Below the pieces are notes generated by a model. That model was not told where the DNA came from and ran no database searches. It saw only the letters and a program-made list of their open reading frames with translations. A program made the position numbers and the translations under genes. A stretch of 64,000 nucleotides of DNA from Octopus vulgaris (taxonomy: Eukaryota): positions 109,120,001 through 109,184,000 of the forward strand of contig OX597819.1 of assembly GCA_951406725.2 (NCBI GenBank), given 5' to 3'. Below, one piece after another: positions 1 through 13,432 of the stretch (its first letter is position 1; each line of letters begins with the position of its first letter).

Positions 1-481
1 AAATGAATAATTTACGTCCTAATGTGAACATTACGCATCGGCAACTTTCTGTTTTTATGGCCAATACATCAGAATGGTGTGTCAGTGTATGTGTTGACTG
101 ACATAACAAATGGCTGGAGGTGAAACTCTTGACAAAAAACAATGAGATGGCAGGTCTAAGGTATATAAAAATGCACATTTACTGTTCAATTACCAGTTAA
201 TCACTATCGCAGCAGTTGCAAGGTATTTACATATTTACCCTCAAATTAACATTTAATACATGTGCTTAATATATATATATATTAAGAAATTTACCTATAA
301 TAATTATTGTGGTATTTACCGTTAAATTAGCAGTTCATACATGTGCTTCTCTTTGGTTAATTTATACTGCATACAAAAAATAAAAACATACTACATATAT
401 ACAACTGCTTACAAAAATAGGGAACAATGTGTGATTTTTTTTCTATGTTCATAATTTTTCTTTTACAATATTGAAAAAAGT

Positions 482-1474
482 ATGCCACCAAAGAAAAGAT
501 GTTATCTCTCCAGAAACAAGTATAATGCAAGGAGGATTGTAGAAAACCAAAGGGATGTTACAGGGATGCTCAAGAGAGAAGGGAGATAAAACTTTCCCAA
601 GATCAGCAAATGCATGCTGCAGCACTTAATGCTGGATCATTAAATCAATGTTTCAATGATTAGACAGAGCTCCAATAGAATAGCGCTCAGAAACAGATTA
701 TGTACAAATTCATTCTTCACAACTCATGGCACTGTTTTCAGATATGATCCATCCCATTCTTATCAAAATGATAACTCTGTTCAAACTGGTGTGCTAAATA
801 CAAATTGTCGTTTCTGTAGAGCTTTAAAATTTTCAAATGAAACAAATGGCATGTGCTGCTCAGGCGGTTAGGTAAGATTGCCAGCACTACCAATTCCTTT
901 TCAACCTCTTATGGATCTTCTAGAAGGCACTTACATCTAGTCAAAGAATTTTCTGAACAATATCAGACAATACAACTCTGCATTTCAAATGACATTGTTT
1001 ACTCCATCTAAGAAGATACTTAAACATGAATTTACGCCGATGTCAAAGTTCAAGGGCAAGTCTACTACCTTATTGGTTCCCTCTTACCCACAAATGAACA
1101 ACCACAGTTCCTCCAAATTTATTTTATAAGTGATGTAGGACATCAAACCCGAAGGAGGCGTCAAAATTTCAGATGATGGGTCATGTTAGACACAGCGCAG
1201 ACTACTGCAAAGGAGAGTATATCCACTGACAGATTTTCGGTGCGTTCAAAAATCACATAACCCTCACCCCCAATTTTCCACGACAGGCTAAGGCCTGAAA
1301 AACTCCAAATGGACATATAGCATGTTGCTTAGTCGAATCAGCCCATCATTTACTCCAGAAATATTTTGTTGTCAATGCTGCACTTTCCCATATCATCTGT
1401 TTCAACATAACTGTAATATAATATATACAAACTATGACATTTTAATCCCGAGCAAAGCCAGGCATCTCAGCTAG
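482..1474 (+). mobile_element. Decayed Helitron (RepHel N-terminal fragment) with intact 3' end, in an FTSJ3 intron
   Basis: Interrupted frames give CRFCRALKFSNETNGMCCSGG*V, NFLNNIRQYNSAFQMT and KVQGQVYYLIGSLLP...PQFLQIYF, which are Helitron motifs. A hairpin CCCGAGCAAAGCCAGG (1447-1462) is followed by CTAG|T at 1471-1475. Confidence 0.85.
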
Positions 1475-1540
1475 TATATATATATAGATTATTCACACAC
1501 ACACACAAAACATACAAAGAAGGGAATGTACATGACTTAC

Positions 1541-1824
1541 TCTTCAATTCCGTCATCACCATCATCAACCTTTTTCTTCCCATCTAATTCCTCTAGTTCA
1601 TCATCATCAGATAATTCCGCCATGCTGATATCATCATCGTCATCATCAGCCTTTGGTTCTTCACCATCATCACTATCGATGTTGTAATCGTAATCTTCTC
1701 TCTCCGTTGGGTCACGGTTATAAGACACCTTTGTAACTATTTTAGGAATGAAAATGTCATCATCATCTATTAACGCTTCCTCATCAGCCAAGCTCAAATC
1801 TCCCTTTTGAATCTTTTCCAGACC
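1541..1824 (-). CDS. FTSJ3: FTSJ3 exon 11 (acidic region); gene continues left of the window
   Basis: GLEKIQKGDLSLADEE...DDGDDGIE; AAG acceptor and GTAAGT donor; in frame with exon 10. Confidence 0.85.
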
Positions 1825-2869
1825 CTTTAAATAACAAACAATAATTGTGAGATAAAGGCTTTGAGAATTATAAAGTTGCACAACTGAATAAAATACAGGT
1901 TCAAATCTTAAAACAACCACAATATCAACTTTACTACAAACATTAAAAAATATATTGTCCTACAAGGGATGTGAGGTTGAACTTATGAACATCATCTTAC
2001 TACAGTCATTTTGTTGCATCTCTGAACAAAGTACTCTAAATTGCTTTGCTCCAATTTGCTTTAATATGTAAATTGTAGGTTTCCAATCTTCTACTTCACA
2101 ATGGAGTGGCTAACAGTAGGTAGGACATTATCAAACCAAAAAAATCCCCAACAAATAAATCATCTCACATATAAAAGCTAGGGATAAATGAATGTAAAAA
2201 TAATAAAAGATTTAAAAAATGATTATTAGATACACTGACACAAGGTAACAAATTTGTGGTGGGAGGGAGTACAGTAAATTAAATCATTTAATTCTTTGCT
2301 CTTCTAACTTTAAATCAAAATCAAACCAGCAAGATTTGAACACAAAACATGGAAGAATACAAATAAATACTGCAACTTCATACTCATCTTTCATACTAAC
2401 AGAGATATCACAATGGCAAAGATATCTGCCATGCTAACTATAATTATATCTACCAGATAGTTACTGTATGCACACACATATATAACTCCTAAACTAAGAG
2501 AGCTACCACACAGCTATACATATCTGCTATGCTAATAGAACAGATACCACACAGCTTATATACTTATCTACCACACTAAACAAAATAAAGACACGGTACA
2601 GCTACATACACACCTGTAATACTAACAGAACAAAGACACCTCACAGGTCTATATATATATAGCTACTATGCACAAAACAGACATATCATTTCTGGTTAAA
2701 ATTTTCTACATGCAACAAAAGGCCCACTGGATGTCAGGGTAGGATGTAACAGGCTTTGTCATGAGATGGAGATATTCAACGTAAGAAAACAGGGAAAAAT
2801 AGATGAATTAGTTAGAATTATATGTGAAGATTATAGGAGAGAGAGGAATAAGAATTACAATAATTTAAA

Positions 2870-3153
2870 ATTCTGTTGTGTCTGGGGAGAGTCATTTTTT
2901 TTGTGCCTTATAATGTAACACACTCACCAGTAAAATTTCCACTTATTTCTTATTTTCCTAAAATTTTCGTTGTGTCTTGCAACCTTTTCAATAGTTTTGA
3001 CTCTTAGTCAAGAGTCAAGACTATTGAAAAGGTTGCAAGACACAACGAAAATTTTAGGAAAATAAAAACAAGAAATAAGTGGACATTTTACCGGTAAGTG
3101 TGTTACATCATAAGGCACAAAAAGAAAATGACTCTCCCCAGACACAACAGAAT
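2870..3153. repeat. Near-perfect ~135-bp-arm palindrome (foldback element)
   Basis: 2870-3005 is the reverse complement of 3010-3153 with few mismatches or indels; 4-nt loop AGTC at 3006-3009. Confidence 0.92.
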
Positions 3154-3276
3154 ATGCTTCAACGCACGAACTCATATAAAGAATCTTGCAAACCAAATCC
3201 AAAAACGAAAAATAATTTAAAAGATTTTGAAGACAAAAGATATATTAAAAAAAAAATCAGTAGATAGAATTAGAAC

Positions 3277-3412
3277 CTTTTCTGATTTGATCTTCTGCAA
3301 CTGGAAAAGGCCGATGTCATCAATTTGCTCAATCTCATCATCAGGGAAGGCCATCTTCATATCCATTCTTTGTGTGAGCTTAAGCTTTTGTTCTCGAATC
3401 TTCTTCAGGCGT
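3277..3412 (-). CDS. FTSJ3: FTSJ3 exon 10
   Basis: KRLKKIREQKLKLTQRMDMKMAFPDDEIEQIDDIGLFQLQKIKSEK; CTACAG acceptor and GT donor. Confidence 0.88.
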
Positions 3413-5121
3413 CTGTAGAGGAAGAGAGTTTATAACCAGTGGATCTTAGGTTTACAAGTGGCAGAGAATTTACAAACACAACAAATATACATTCTTTAGA
3501 TACACACACACACTTTTACTGGTTTCAGCTACTCTGCTGTGATCTACACATATCCACATCTAATCTGATATACATACATCTTCATACACAGTTAGTTACA
3601 CTCACAAAGATAGCAAAAAACATGCAAGAAAATTAAATACTATAGACATTCACGAAAAACAAAACAGCAATACATTATTCTTGGTCGTCTTGCAAGTCTA
3701 AGAAAGACAATTCCACAATTTCTTGTTGAACAACCTGCAACTGATGTTCAAATGTTTGTGTTGTACATTAGATCACTCCATAAAACTGACATCACCTGTA
3801 CAGGTGCAGTGCACCACATGTCAAATATAAAAATGATTGCAGGACATGAAATGCAGTGCTTGGTTCAAAAATACAATGCACCACCTGGTGTGGGAACTGA
3901 AACCACAATCTCACAGTCATGAGTGCAATGTCCTTGGCACTAGGCCACATGCCCTCAAGATGTCATATGCACTCACAGCCATACATATACAGACACATTC
4001 TCAGCTGAAGCAGCAGAGCTGAATACAATAAAAGTTTCATTTTCAATGTATACAACATTTTAGATTCAAATTAATGGTGAGCTATGAAAGTAAGATTCTT
4101 AAGAGAAACAATTACTCTGGTGGACTTTGTTAAAATCTGAGCAAAGATATGCAATAAAAAAAGAGTGAACTCAAAATGCAACATCCTATTTTAGTTTAGG
4201 AATATCTTGATCTGTGTGTGGCTTGATCAGAACCAGTAATAAATTTTCTAAAGAAACACAAAGTGGAGTGTCTTGTCTAAGGAAACTCAACACAACAGTA
4301 GCAGCAAGGAGTGATGATACCGATTATATAGCTATATAGATAACAACAAGAAGGCACAACACAGTTGTGGAAAGTGACAGTACCTTTTATGTAGCTAGGT
4401 AGACTGTGGTAAGTGGAGTGTCTTGTCTAAGAAGACAACACAATGTATATAGTAGTAGATAGTGGTATCTATTATGCAGCTAGATATATTGATATAAGTA
4501 GAGTAGTTTGTCTAAGCAAGCATAATGCAATAGCTGTTGTTGTTTAGCCCCAGGTCAACTCTGCTTAAGCAAACCTATGATTAAAGGCAATCCAGCTAAG
4601 GCCAAGCCATCCTTTTCATAGGTACAGTAGGCATCTAGGACTAAATTACTCAATGTGTCCTATTTCTAAGGTAGTAGGGAGTAATTTGAAAGTTGGCTTC
4701 TATCTCTGGTGGACTAAGCAACCATGCACAGGTTTAGTCTTTGGTTGCAACAGGATGTGGAGGTACCCATTTTACAGCTTGGTAGACTAAGATAAGTAGA
4801 GTATCTTGTATCTAGTGACAATGTACCAACTGTATAGAGAACAACGAATGATACCTACTAAAGAGCAAGATGAATTGTGGCTAAGTGCCTTGTTTAAGGA
4901 CACACAACATAACAGTTGCAGTAGGATATAGTGAAATATCATTATAGAACTACATAGTAAGGTAGGTAAAGTAACTTGCCTAATAAAACACAACTGATAA
5001 GCAAGGATTGCATTAAACAAAAAGGTTTGAGCTTGTTATCTTATGGATTGTAAAATTGACTATTTGGTCACTATCACATACACCAAAATATATACCAGTA
5101 ATTAATGAGGGACAAACTTAC

Positions 5122-5226
5122 TTTTTAATTGTCTTTCTCTCCTCCTCTTTGGCAGTGGCTAGCAATTCTTGAAGCTTTATTTCTTCATCTTCATCACTAT
5201 CAACCTTCTCCTCTTCTACTGGAGCT
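5122..5226 (-). CDS. FTSJ3: FTSJ3 exon 9
   Basis: QAPVEEEKVDSDEDEEIKLQELLATAKEEERKTIK; CAG acceptor and GTAAG donor. Confidence 0.88.
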
Positions 5227-5819
5227 CTGTCATAGAAAAAGAAATACTGTTAGCTATTAACACATTTGATGTCAACCCATTTGAGACCACCCCTGATTCC
5301 ATGACATGAATTTCCTGTTTGAACTCTTTAGCATTCAAATTACTCTGTCAAATGTGATATTTATATATTTACATTGTTCTTAATTAATCTTGTAGCTTTT
5401 GAGATATCAATGATGCAATTGTTTATTTTTAGAATGGCAATGCAGGGTAAGTGTGAGAGGCCAGATCTAGCTGATTTGAATATAAAACAAGTAGAATATT
5501 TAGGCTGGATGTGGCTAGCATAAATGCTAAAAAGCTAAAGTAATCTGAAATAAAAACCGTCCATCAAAATTTCATGTTAATTTGTTCCAAACAGTGGTTT
5601 AATATTGACATTAAATTCATTATAATTCTCTAAATTAATTGGAACAAAAGCAGTGAATTTCAACATTGGATAATAAAAGGGTTAATACTGTGAATACATG
5701 ATTTTCCAGCTTGGTGCTACTTTTAATAACAATATCTATATATGTACATGTAAACACACTTGATAACAGAGAAGAGGTGCAATGTTATATATATATAAAT
5801 AAGTTGAGATATTACTTAC

Positions 5820-5876
5820 TGAGGTGCATCTGCTTCCCTTTGTTTTAAAATGTGTTTCCTCCATCCAATAAGGCGT
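5820..5876 (-). CDS. FTSJ3: FTSJ3 exon 8
   Basis: KRLIGWRKHILKQREADAP; TTTTAG acceptor and GTAAGT donor; phase 2-2 fits its neighbours. Confidence 0.88.
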
Positions 5877-6341
5877 CTAAAATGATTAAAAAAAAATTTT
5901 TATTTATTTATTTTTTATTTATTTTGCCTTTGATGAATGAAAAGTTTACAGATTTCAATGAGCCGATTATTGATTCATCATATTTCCAATGGCAGGAACA
6001 ACAAAAGATTGTTTGTGTAACTTGGGCAGATCAGATATAATTATTATCATTAAACATCCATACTCTACTTTGTAAAAGTGGTTGGCATTAGGAAAAGCAT
6101 CCAGCCATAAAAGTCATGCCAAAACAGACAGTGGAGCTTGGAGTAGTCCTCTGGCTTGTTAGCTTCTGTCAAACCACCCAATCCATGCAAGCATGGACTG
6201 GAAGGTTTGAGAGGATCCAACAACCCAGAGGATTGTCTTCTGAGACTCAATGTCTGCTTTGGTAGTTTCTGTTGTTGGATGCCCTTCTAACGCCAACCAG
6301 TTTAAAGCATGCCCTGAGTGCTTTTCTCATGCCCCCTTCAT

Positions 6342-6877
6342 GGCATTGGTCAACTTGTGACTGGGCTAGAAGAGACATGCTCTAAATACTCTTGAATAGA
6401 CTTGAACCCAGAAACGCAAGATTTCAAATCAAATGTTTTAACCATACAACCATAGATGCTTCATCTTAACGTTCCCTTTTCTGTGTTCTCATGGGTTGGA
6501 CAGAAAAAGAAAAGTTGGGGACGTATTTAAAAGAGAGAGGTGGCTTTATGTCAGGTGTCTTACTATAGAGGAAATACATGGTTACTCTGCATTATCATAC
6601 ATGAGAATTTCTTTCAAAGCACTTGTTTATCAGTTTTCTTGTTAAAATATATTCACAAACATATGTACAGAATGGGCTTCTGTATAGCTTTCATCTTTTA
6701 AATTCCACCGTCAAGGCATTGGTCAACTTGTGACTGGACTAGAAGACACATGCTCTAAATACTCTTGAATAGACTTGAACTCAGAAATGCAAGATTTCAA
6801 ATCAAATGTTTTAACCATACAGCCATAGATGCTTCATCTTAATATTCTCTTTTCTATGTTCTCATGGTTTGGACAGA
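6342..6877. repeat. ~165-bp local direct duplication of SINE-derived sequence
   Basis: GGCATTGGTCAACTTGTGACTGG...TTGGACAGAA occurs at about 6342-6504 and 6715-6877. Confidence 0.75.
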
Positions 6878-9044
6878 ACTTGTTGAGGCAGAGTCTCTAC
6901 AGCAGGTTTCCCTTCCTGTTGCCAACCTACACTTGTTTCCAAGAAGGTAATAATTTTCTATAACCAGACATATTTTCACAGAAGATTGGAAATGAAGAAC
7001 ACTGCTTATATGATAGTGACATTTGTTAACAACTACCACATGATGTCAAGGCAAGGAGACATTAACACACACACATATACATGACAAGCTTCTTTCAGTT
7101 TCCATCAATCAAATCCATTCACAAGGCTTTGGTCAGCCCAGTGCTATAACAGAAGGCACTTGCCCAAGATGCCATGCAGTGGGACTGAATCCAAACTTCT
7201 CAACCACACAGCCACGCCTGTGCCTCATGTAGCATATTACATAACACTGACTGAATGGTTTAACAGACAACTGGTAGTGATTTTATAGATCTTGGTTACT
7301 TGAAAGGCAACTCAAATCATCGATGGACAGAACTAAATACAGCAACACATTTAATCCTGTGCGCTGCTGTGTCTGTCACTCCATTCATTCATTAACAACA
7401 GCCACCACCATTTTACATCCACTTTCCATGCTAGCATGATTTATGTGGGTTCACCATGGTCAGAATCATGACACATTTTGTAGTCCTACTATGGGGACCT
7501 TATCTTACATTTTCCTTTTTGGTTTTGTTTCTATGGTCAATACCTTTCCTAACACCAAACAAGGAGTATGAGACACATTTTTTTCCTGACACCAGTAATA
7601 AAGAGATGTCATGTCCTTGACAAAATGAATGGATCATCACAATTTCACATTTTACGGTGTATACTAGATGTCTTTTGTGACACCCTCACAAGAGAGGCAG
7701 CTATGTCCTCAACACAACTAAAGAGACTTCATTCATTTCTGTAAGTCAAGCTAACAAAGCCCCTATACGGCTGCTCAACTTGTTAAAAATAGCAAATTAC
7801 ACTTTACCATATTGGAAAAAGAACACATTGGATGTGGCCCCAAATCTCCTGACATGGGACACAAGCAAGATGATGTCTATAATGATTTTGATCGTAGATT
7901 TGCATGATCAGAACTGGCCTAGGGCTAAACAACGGCAATAATCTACTTAACTATATTTATCAAATCATGTTGTTTTTTCAGTCCCAGATCCAAGATTAAA
8001 GACATTCCAACCATGATCATCCCATCTTTTTTTTTTATTCTCAAGACAATATATCCAGGACAAGATTACCCAATGTCCTTCCTTTTTAGAAATATTCAGT
8101 TGTAGCTTCAGAGAGATTTGGCTGCAGCTTTGACTTATCCTACAGAGCCTTCAGACTTGTAGTGAGGAGAAAGAAACCACACTCCATGTTCCAGTATTCT
8201 GGACCGAATGCTTGCAACAGAGTGAATTCTACTAAAAGTCATCAAAGGGTCAAGTTATGGTGTTTAACTGGGTCATGGATTAAGTCTTGCTAATTAATGC
8301 ATTTGTTGCAGACAAGCTTCATCCTATGCATTAAGTTTTAACCAAATGTCTTCATACCTGTTCCTAAATACAAATATCTATCAAAGATAATTCAAACATG
8401 TTCAACATCAGCTTGCATGAAAGAGAAAATGCAAGTGAAATTTGTCGGCAGCAAGGCATTCAAAGTGTTGTCTAGGGTGCCTAAGTCACATAGCAGCACT
8501 GGTTGCTTTTAGAGTAAAAAACAAAAAAAATGTTGTCAGTGGAAGGTCCCTAAGGCAGAGACACATTAAGAAAGTAATAGGAAGGATGTGCTGAACTCAG
8601 ACCTCATGATGTGATGTTCACTATTATGGACAAAACAACACAGGACTTAAAAGAATAGCAGTTTGTTGTATTGTAGATCTTAGTTATTCTAACTTGAATA
8701 ACACAGTCAATGAAATGCTACAATATTAGCCTTCACTGTACAACAGTATAACCTACCATTCCACAATAAGATCTGCCACCACAATACAATATTATCTTCA
8801 ACTACAATACAACAGTATTATCTACCACATCAGTAAAGTATTAGCCATTATAATATTACTGATCACTACTAGGTTACTCAGCATCATCTACCACAACATG
8901 AAGTATTACTCACCAACCACCCTACAATATTATCTGCCACAGTATTCCAATGTTGCCCAGCATAATAGAGTATTGAATAACACACTTCAAGAGTGTACAA
9001 GGTACCCATTATAAATCCACTGTAATAGAGTACATATTACTCAC

Positions 9045-9145
9045 TTGATATCTTTCTTTCCCAGCACTCGAATGTCCTTACAACATATCTTTATTTCCTC
9101 TGTCGTCAGCGGATCTTCCAAAATGGACTGGTCATCAAACAATAG
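9045..9145 (-). CDS. FTSJ3: FTSJ3 exon 7
   Basis: LLFDDQSILEDPLTTEEIKICCKDIRVLGKKDI, matching the conserved TT.EI..CC.D.KVLG motif; GTGAGT donor. Confidence 0.92.
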
Positions 9146-9214
9146 CTGCAAACAACAAATAAATTTTTTACCAAAACATTAAATTTACAGGCAATCACAT
9201 AGTGTCAATTTTGG

Positions 9215-9390
9215 GGGAGGGGGCCAGTTGATTAGATTAATCGCAGTACACAACTGGTACTTAATTTATCGACCCTGAAAGAATGAAAGGCAAAGTCGAC
9301 CTCGGCAGAATTTGAATTCATAACATAAAGACAGACAAAACACCACTAAGCATTTCGCCTGGCATGTTAATGTTTCTGCCAGCTCACTTC
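9215..9390 (-). mobile_element. tRNA-derived SINE; related copies at about 17510-17640, 32240-32450, 37400-37545, 50345-50555 and 59872-60085
   Basis: Shared core GTCGACTTTGCCTTTCAT(C/T)CTTTCRGGGTCGATAAATTAAGTACC recurs across the window. Confidence 0.75.
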
Positions 9391-10941
9391 CTTATAATAA
9401 TATCAAATGCAGCTATTATGCCAACTCTAATTGTTTTTATCCAGTGTTCACAAGTTTAATGTTTGTATAAATATGCTAGGTAGCCAGCACTATATTTGTA
9501 TTAATTCAAGCTGAACAATGTGTGCATGATAGATACACTTGCAGATCACTGTGTGTGGATGTGCATAACAGTGATAGATCTCTCTTACATCCTAATGGTA
9601 TTTCAGAAGTTTGATGAAGAGGGTACTTATTCCTTATTTTATAGCATGAGTGGCCAACTAAGTGAAACTGGCTGGCACTTAAGCAGCATTGTTTGACAGG
9701 TGCGCTAAGGGAGCGATCTCATTAATTGCTTACCCTCCTCCTGGTTCAAAGGCTTGTACCACCAAACAGCTAGTCAGCTCTCGCTGCTGGAACAGAAACT
9801 AACAAGACACTGTTGGAAGGTAGGCTTAGAGAGGGTGCAGGCCAAAACTACATGTCCTTCCCTGCCATTGGTCAGTTAAAGCTTAGATAGTGTCATGTGA
9901 CAGTTAGCTGGTTTTACTGCTGGAGCCTATTGGCGAGTATTTGAAGGGAAATTTGGCAGGATGGTCATTCGCCCACTGACATTCATTGATGCTGCATCAA
10001 AGACACCAAAGAATAAAAGGCCAAAGAAAAAACGCACTCAAAACCAGAGCTGAAGACACCTCCAAAAGGAGGTTGGAGCCAAGTTGAAAATGGTAGAGGA
10101 GTAGGGGCCGAAACTGGACATGGTTCCTCCTGATGATGTCTTTAGCCACTGAATCCCATAAAGGAGCTGTTGAAGTGAACCACGAAACGTGGTTGGAATT
10201 CCTCCTTTTATGGAGAGATGAACTGTAAAATAATGTAGTGAGTGACAGGGCTGAGCTCTTTGCATTACAGTGTCAGTCAGTCTTCTATAATAGTGCATGT
10301 AGTTGCGTGACTGACAGATACTCGTGTCTCTAAATGTAATCCTCATGTAGATTCTATAATGACAAGGAGCGGATATATATATACACACACACACACACAC
10401 ATGTGCAGGCATAGCTGGGTGATTAAAAAATTTGCCTCCTAACCATGTTATTTCAGCTTCAGCTTCCAATACATGACACCTTGTCAAGTGTCTTTTACTA
10501 CTCTCCTGGGTTGACCAAAACCAGGTGAGTGAATCCAGTGGACAGAAACCAAATAAGCTCATCACGTGTGTATCTGTGTATGTTTTTTTTCTTTCATTTG
10601 TGCTCTACAAAAGTCACAAGTTAGAAACTGGTGTTATCATCATTTCTCTTGTCAACAAATCACCTGCCTGGTTTGCACCTTCTGAAGATGTGAAATAAGA
10701 GATCCCTTGCTTGGAAAGCATGTAAGGGTTGGTGACAGGAAGGGCATCCAGCAGTAAATATATATATTGTCATAATGATAAGGAGTTTTCTTGAAAATTT
10801 ACTCTTTTAATACTTGCTGCCTGCCCTAAGTATTTACTGACGGTACATGTCATCAGTAAATAGTGTGTGTGTGTGTATACATGTGAGTGTCAAAAGTATT
10901 TCAGGCCAGAAACAGCAACAAATACCCAAAATATAAATTAC

Positions 10942-11050
10942 CTCTGTGCAAGAAGCAAGAATCTTCAAATAATCTTGGTTGTTAATGAACTCTGATACAT
11001 TTTTAGGGAAGTATAAATTGGTGAGTCCATCAGCATAACCTTCTCGGTTT
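10942..11050 (-). CDS. FTSJ3: FTSJ3 exon 6
   Basis: RNREGYADGLTNLYFPKNVSEFINNQDYLKILASCTE (conserved REGY); TTGCAG acceptor and GTAAT donor. Confidence 0.9.
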
Positions 11051-12030
11051 CTGCAAGGAAAGTTGAAAAGAATTTAGAGAAAGCTACAAAGAACAGAAGT
11101 AAGAGTGTTTTGGCAATGAGATGAATATTGCCACAAAAGAGGAAGATAATCAATTGCAAAGAATGATGGGAATAGCACTGGTGATGGATGTTATGATGAG
11201 AAATTAGATGATATAGTTATATCATGTGTTGAACAACACCAAATCTCATCTGGATTACATCCTACTATCTTAAATAAAAAAATCATTAGATATTATTATC
11301 ATCATCATTTAACATCCATTTTCCATGCTGGCATGGACTGGACATTTTGACAGGAGCTAGAGTGCTGGCAAACCAGAGAATAGTGCCAAGCTCTACTGTC
11401 AGCTTTGGCATAATTTCTACAGCTGGATGCCCTTTATGACAATATCCTAGATATATTGTGTGAATAAGAGACAGGATAGCCATAGCTGGAACATCTTTAA
11501 TCATTGCTAACATGGGCTAAACAACAGCTTCACATCCTCAAATCAAGCATTATTATCTTAACAAAAAGACAATAGATAATGTAGTCTTAGATCCATTATT
11601 ACATGATCACATGACCAACCAGGCTATCAGATGTTACACATCACTGGTGACAATGCATTTTGCACTGTTTTAGCCTTCAAACGGCACCACCCTGCTGGTT
11701 AGGCGAGCACAGGCCAACATTCCACCAGAGCAATGTGAAATGAAGTGCTTTGGCTCAACACAATATGTCGCTCAAACAGGAACTCAAACCCACAATCAAG
11801 CGATCATGAGTGCAACAGCCTAACCACTAGGGTATGCACCGTTAAGATCCATTATATCTGAATAAAAGAAACAGGAGACACATGATTGGAAGAGATTGAT
11901 TATAGATCTGTGGATCAGGGCTGATCTGGAGCTAAACAACAACAACTAGGCATCTATTAATTAGTGAATTCATTCACTCCAACAAACCTAAACAAATAAC
12001 TAAAAAGAAAAAAAAAATTTGCTGTTTCAC

Positions 12031-12340
12031 CTCTGTTTCTGTTCTGGCTTAAATGTATTCAGGAGCATTTTTGTGTCCTCAACTTCTTTGAAAACATGTT
12101 TTGGATCAAAAAATTTTGGGTCCAGCTTATCAGGTGCCAAATAGCTCTCACACACCACAAAGATCTCAGCAGACTCAGTTCTTGATGCTTGGGGTTTCGT
12201 GGCATGTACCTTCTTGAACAGCTGGTTAAATACCCAGATAAGTGAGTTGTAGTCTTTCGAACGGAATACCTTTGTCACAAACCAGCCTCCTTTGCGAAGA
12301 ATTCCGGCTGCCAACCTCAGAGCAGAAAGTGTTAACTGGG
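12031..12340 (-). CDS. FTSJ3: FTSJ3 exon 5
   Basis: [31 protein letters not shown]...[18 protein letters not shown]...[11 protein letters not shown]; CAG/GT boundaries. Confidence 0.95.
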
Positions 12341-13332
12341 CTGCACAAGGAAATGGAGATTAAGTAATTATTAGAAATATATTTTTCAATTCCCCATTTT
12401 TTTTTTTTACTTTAGCATTTGTTTCAAAAAATTGGCATAAAAGAAAAAAACATTACACAAAGAAAAAAAAATTACAATGACAAAAATGGTGTAATGAGAT
12501 ACATCAAAGTGTACACATGTACTTATAAACACACACACTGCCACAACTATACATATATATTCTTACACACACACATACATACACATATATCATTTCCATC
12601 ATCTAAACTAACCATATTAGGCCCAAATATTCTACCTTGTTTTATGTTCAAGCATGCCAGAACAGGCCTCTCACACATACCCTACAATACCATTCTAAAA
12701 ATAAACAATTAGATCATTGAAATCTCAAAGCTACAAGGTGACACTTGATTAATTCAAAACAATGTGAATAAATAAGAATTACATGTAACAGAGTAATCTG
12801 GATGCCAAAGGGTTAAATTTGTTTTTGTGTGCCTGCATGGATGGAAGAGATCTACAGCATTGCATTTTGCCACTTATTGTAGTCCTTTCTCTCCTTCACA
12901 ACATTCAGTATTCTGAGATTAGCCTTCACATCTTCCCACAATTACCTTCCACAGGCTCCTTCTATTTGGACTACCTGGCCTTTCTTTAACAATCATACAT
13001 GATATGCATCTCATGTCTTTACCAGCTCAGTCCCCTCTCTTGCACACATCAGATTTCTCTAATACATGATTTTTGTTCAGTTCATCTGTCTTTCATTTGT
13101 GAACACTAACAAATTACACATTCAGTGGAGCATACTTGCCTCATTTCTCTCCAACCTACACACATCCTCTAGTTTATAGACTCATCTTTCATACAATGCA
13201 ACACTGCATTTCATACACAAAACATCATACAATTGTCACCTTTGAATATGCACATAAATACACATATATAATAATGGATTTAATCCTAGATTACAACCTA
13301 TTAACAAAAGAGAGAGGGAATATAATACCAAC

Positions 13333-13432
13333 CTTGCTGAAAAGCATCATGTACCCATGATTTACCCACATTAGGTGCTCCATCATTAAGGACACTATCA
13401 GCTTTCCAGTCCTGGAGTTCTTTTTTGATGGC
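13333..13432 (-). CDS. FTSJ3: FTSJ3 exon 4
   Basis: [33 protein letters not shown], with the catalytic DGAPN motif; TAG acceptor and GT donor. Not in the ORF track. Confidence 0.93.

Noticed and set aside
10038-10565. 175-aa ORF in an FTSJ3 intron
   Set aside because: It runs through a SINE and (CA)n, has no domain signature, and is not needed for the FTSJ3 reading frame.
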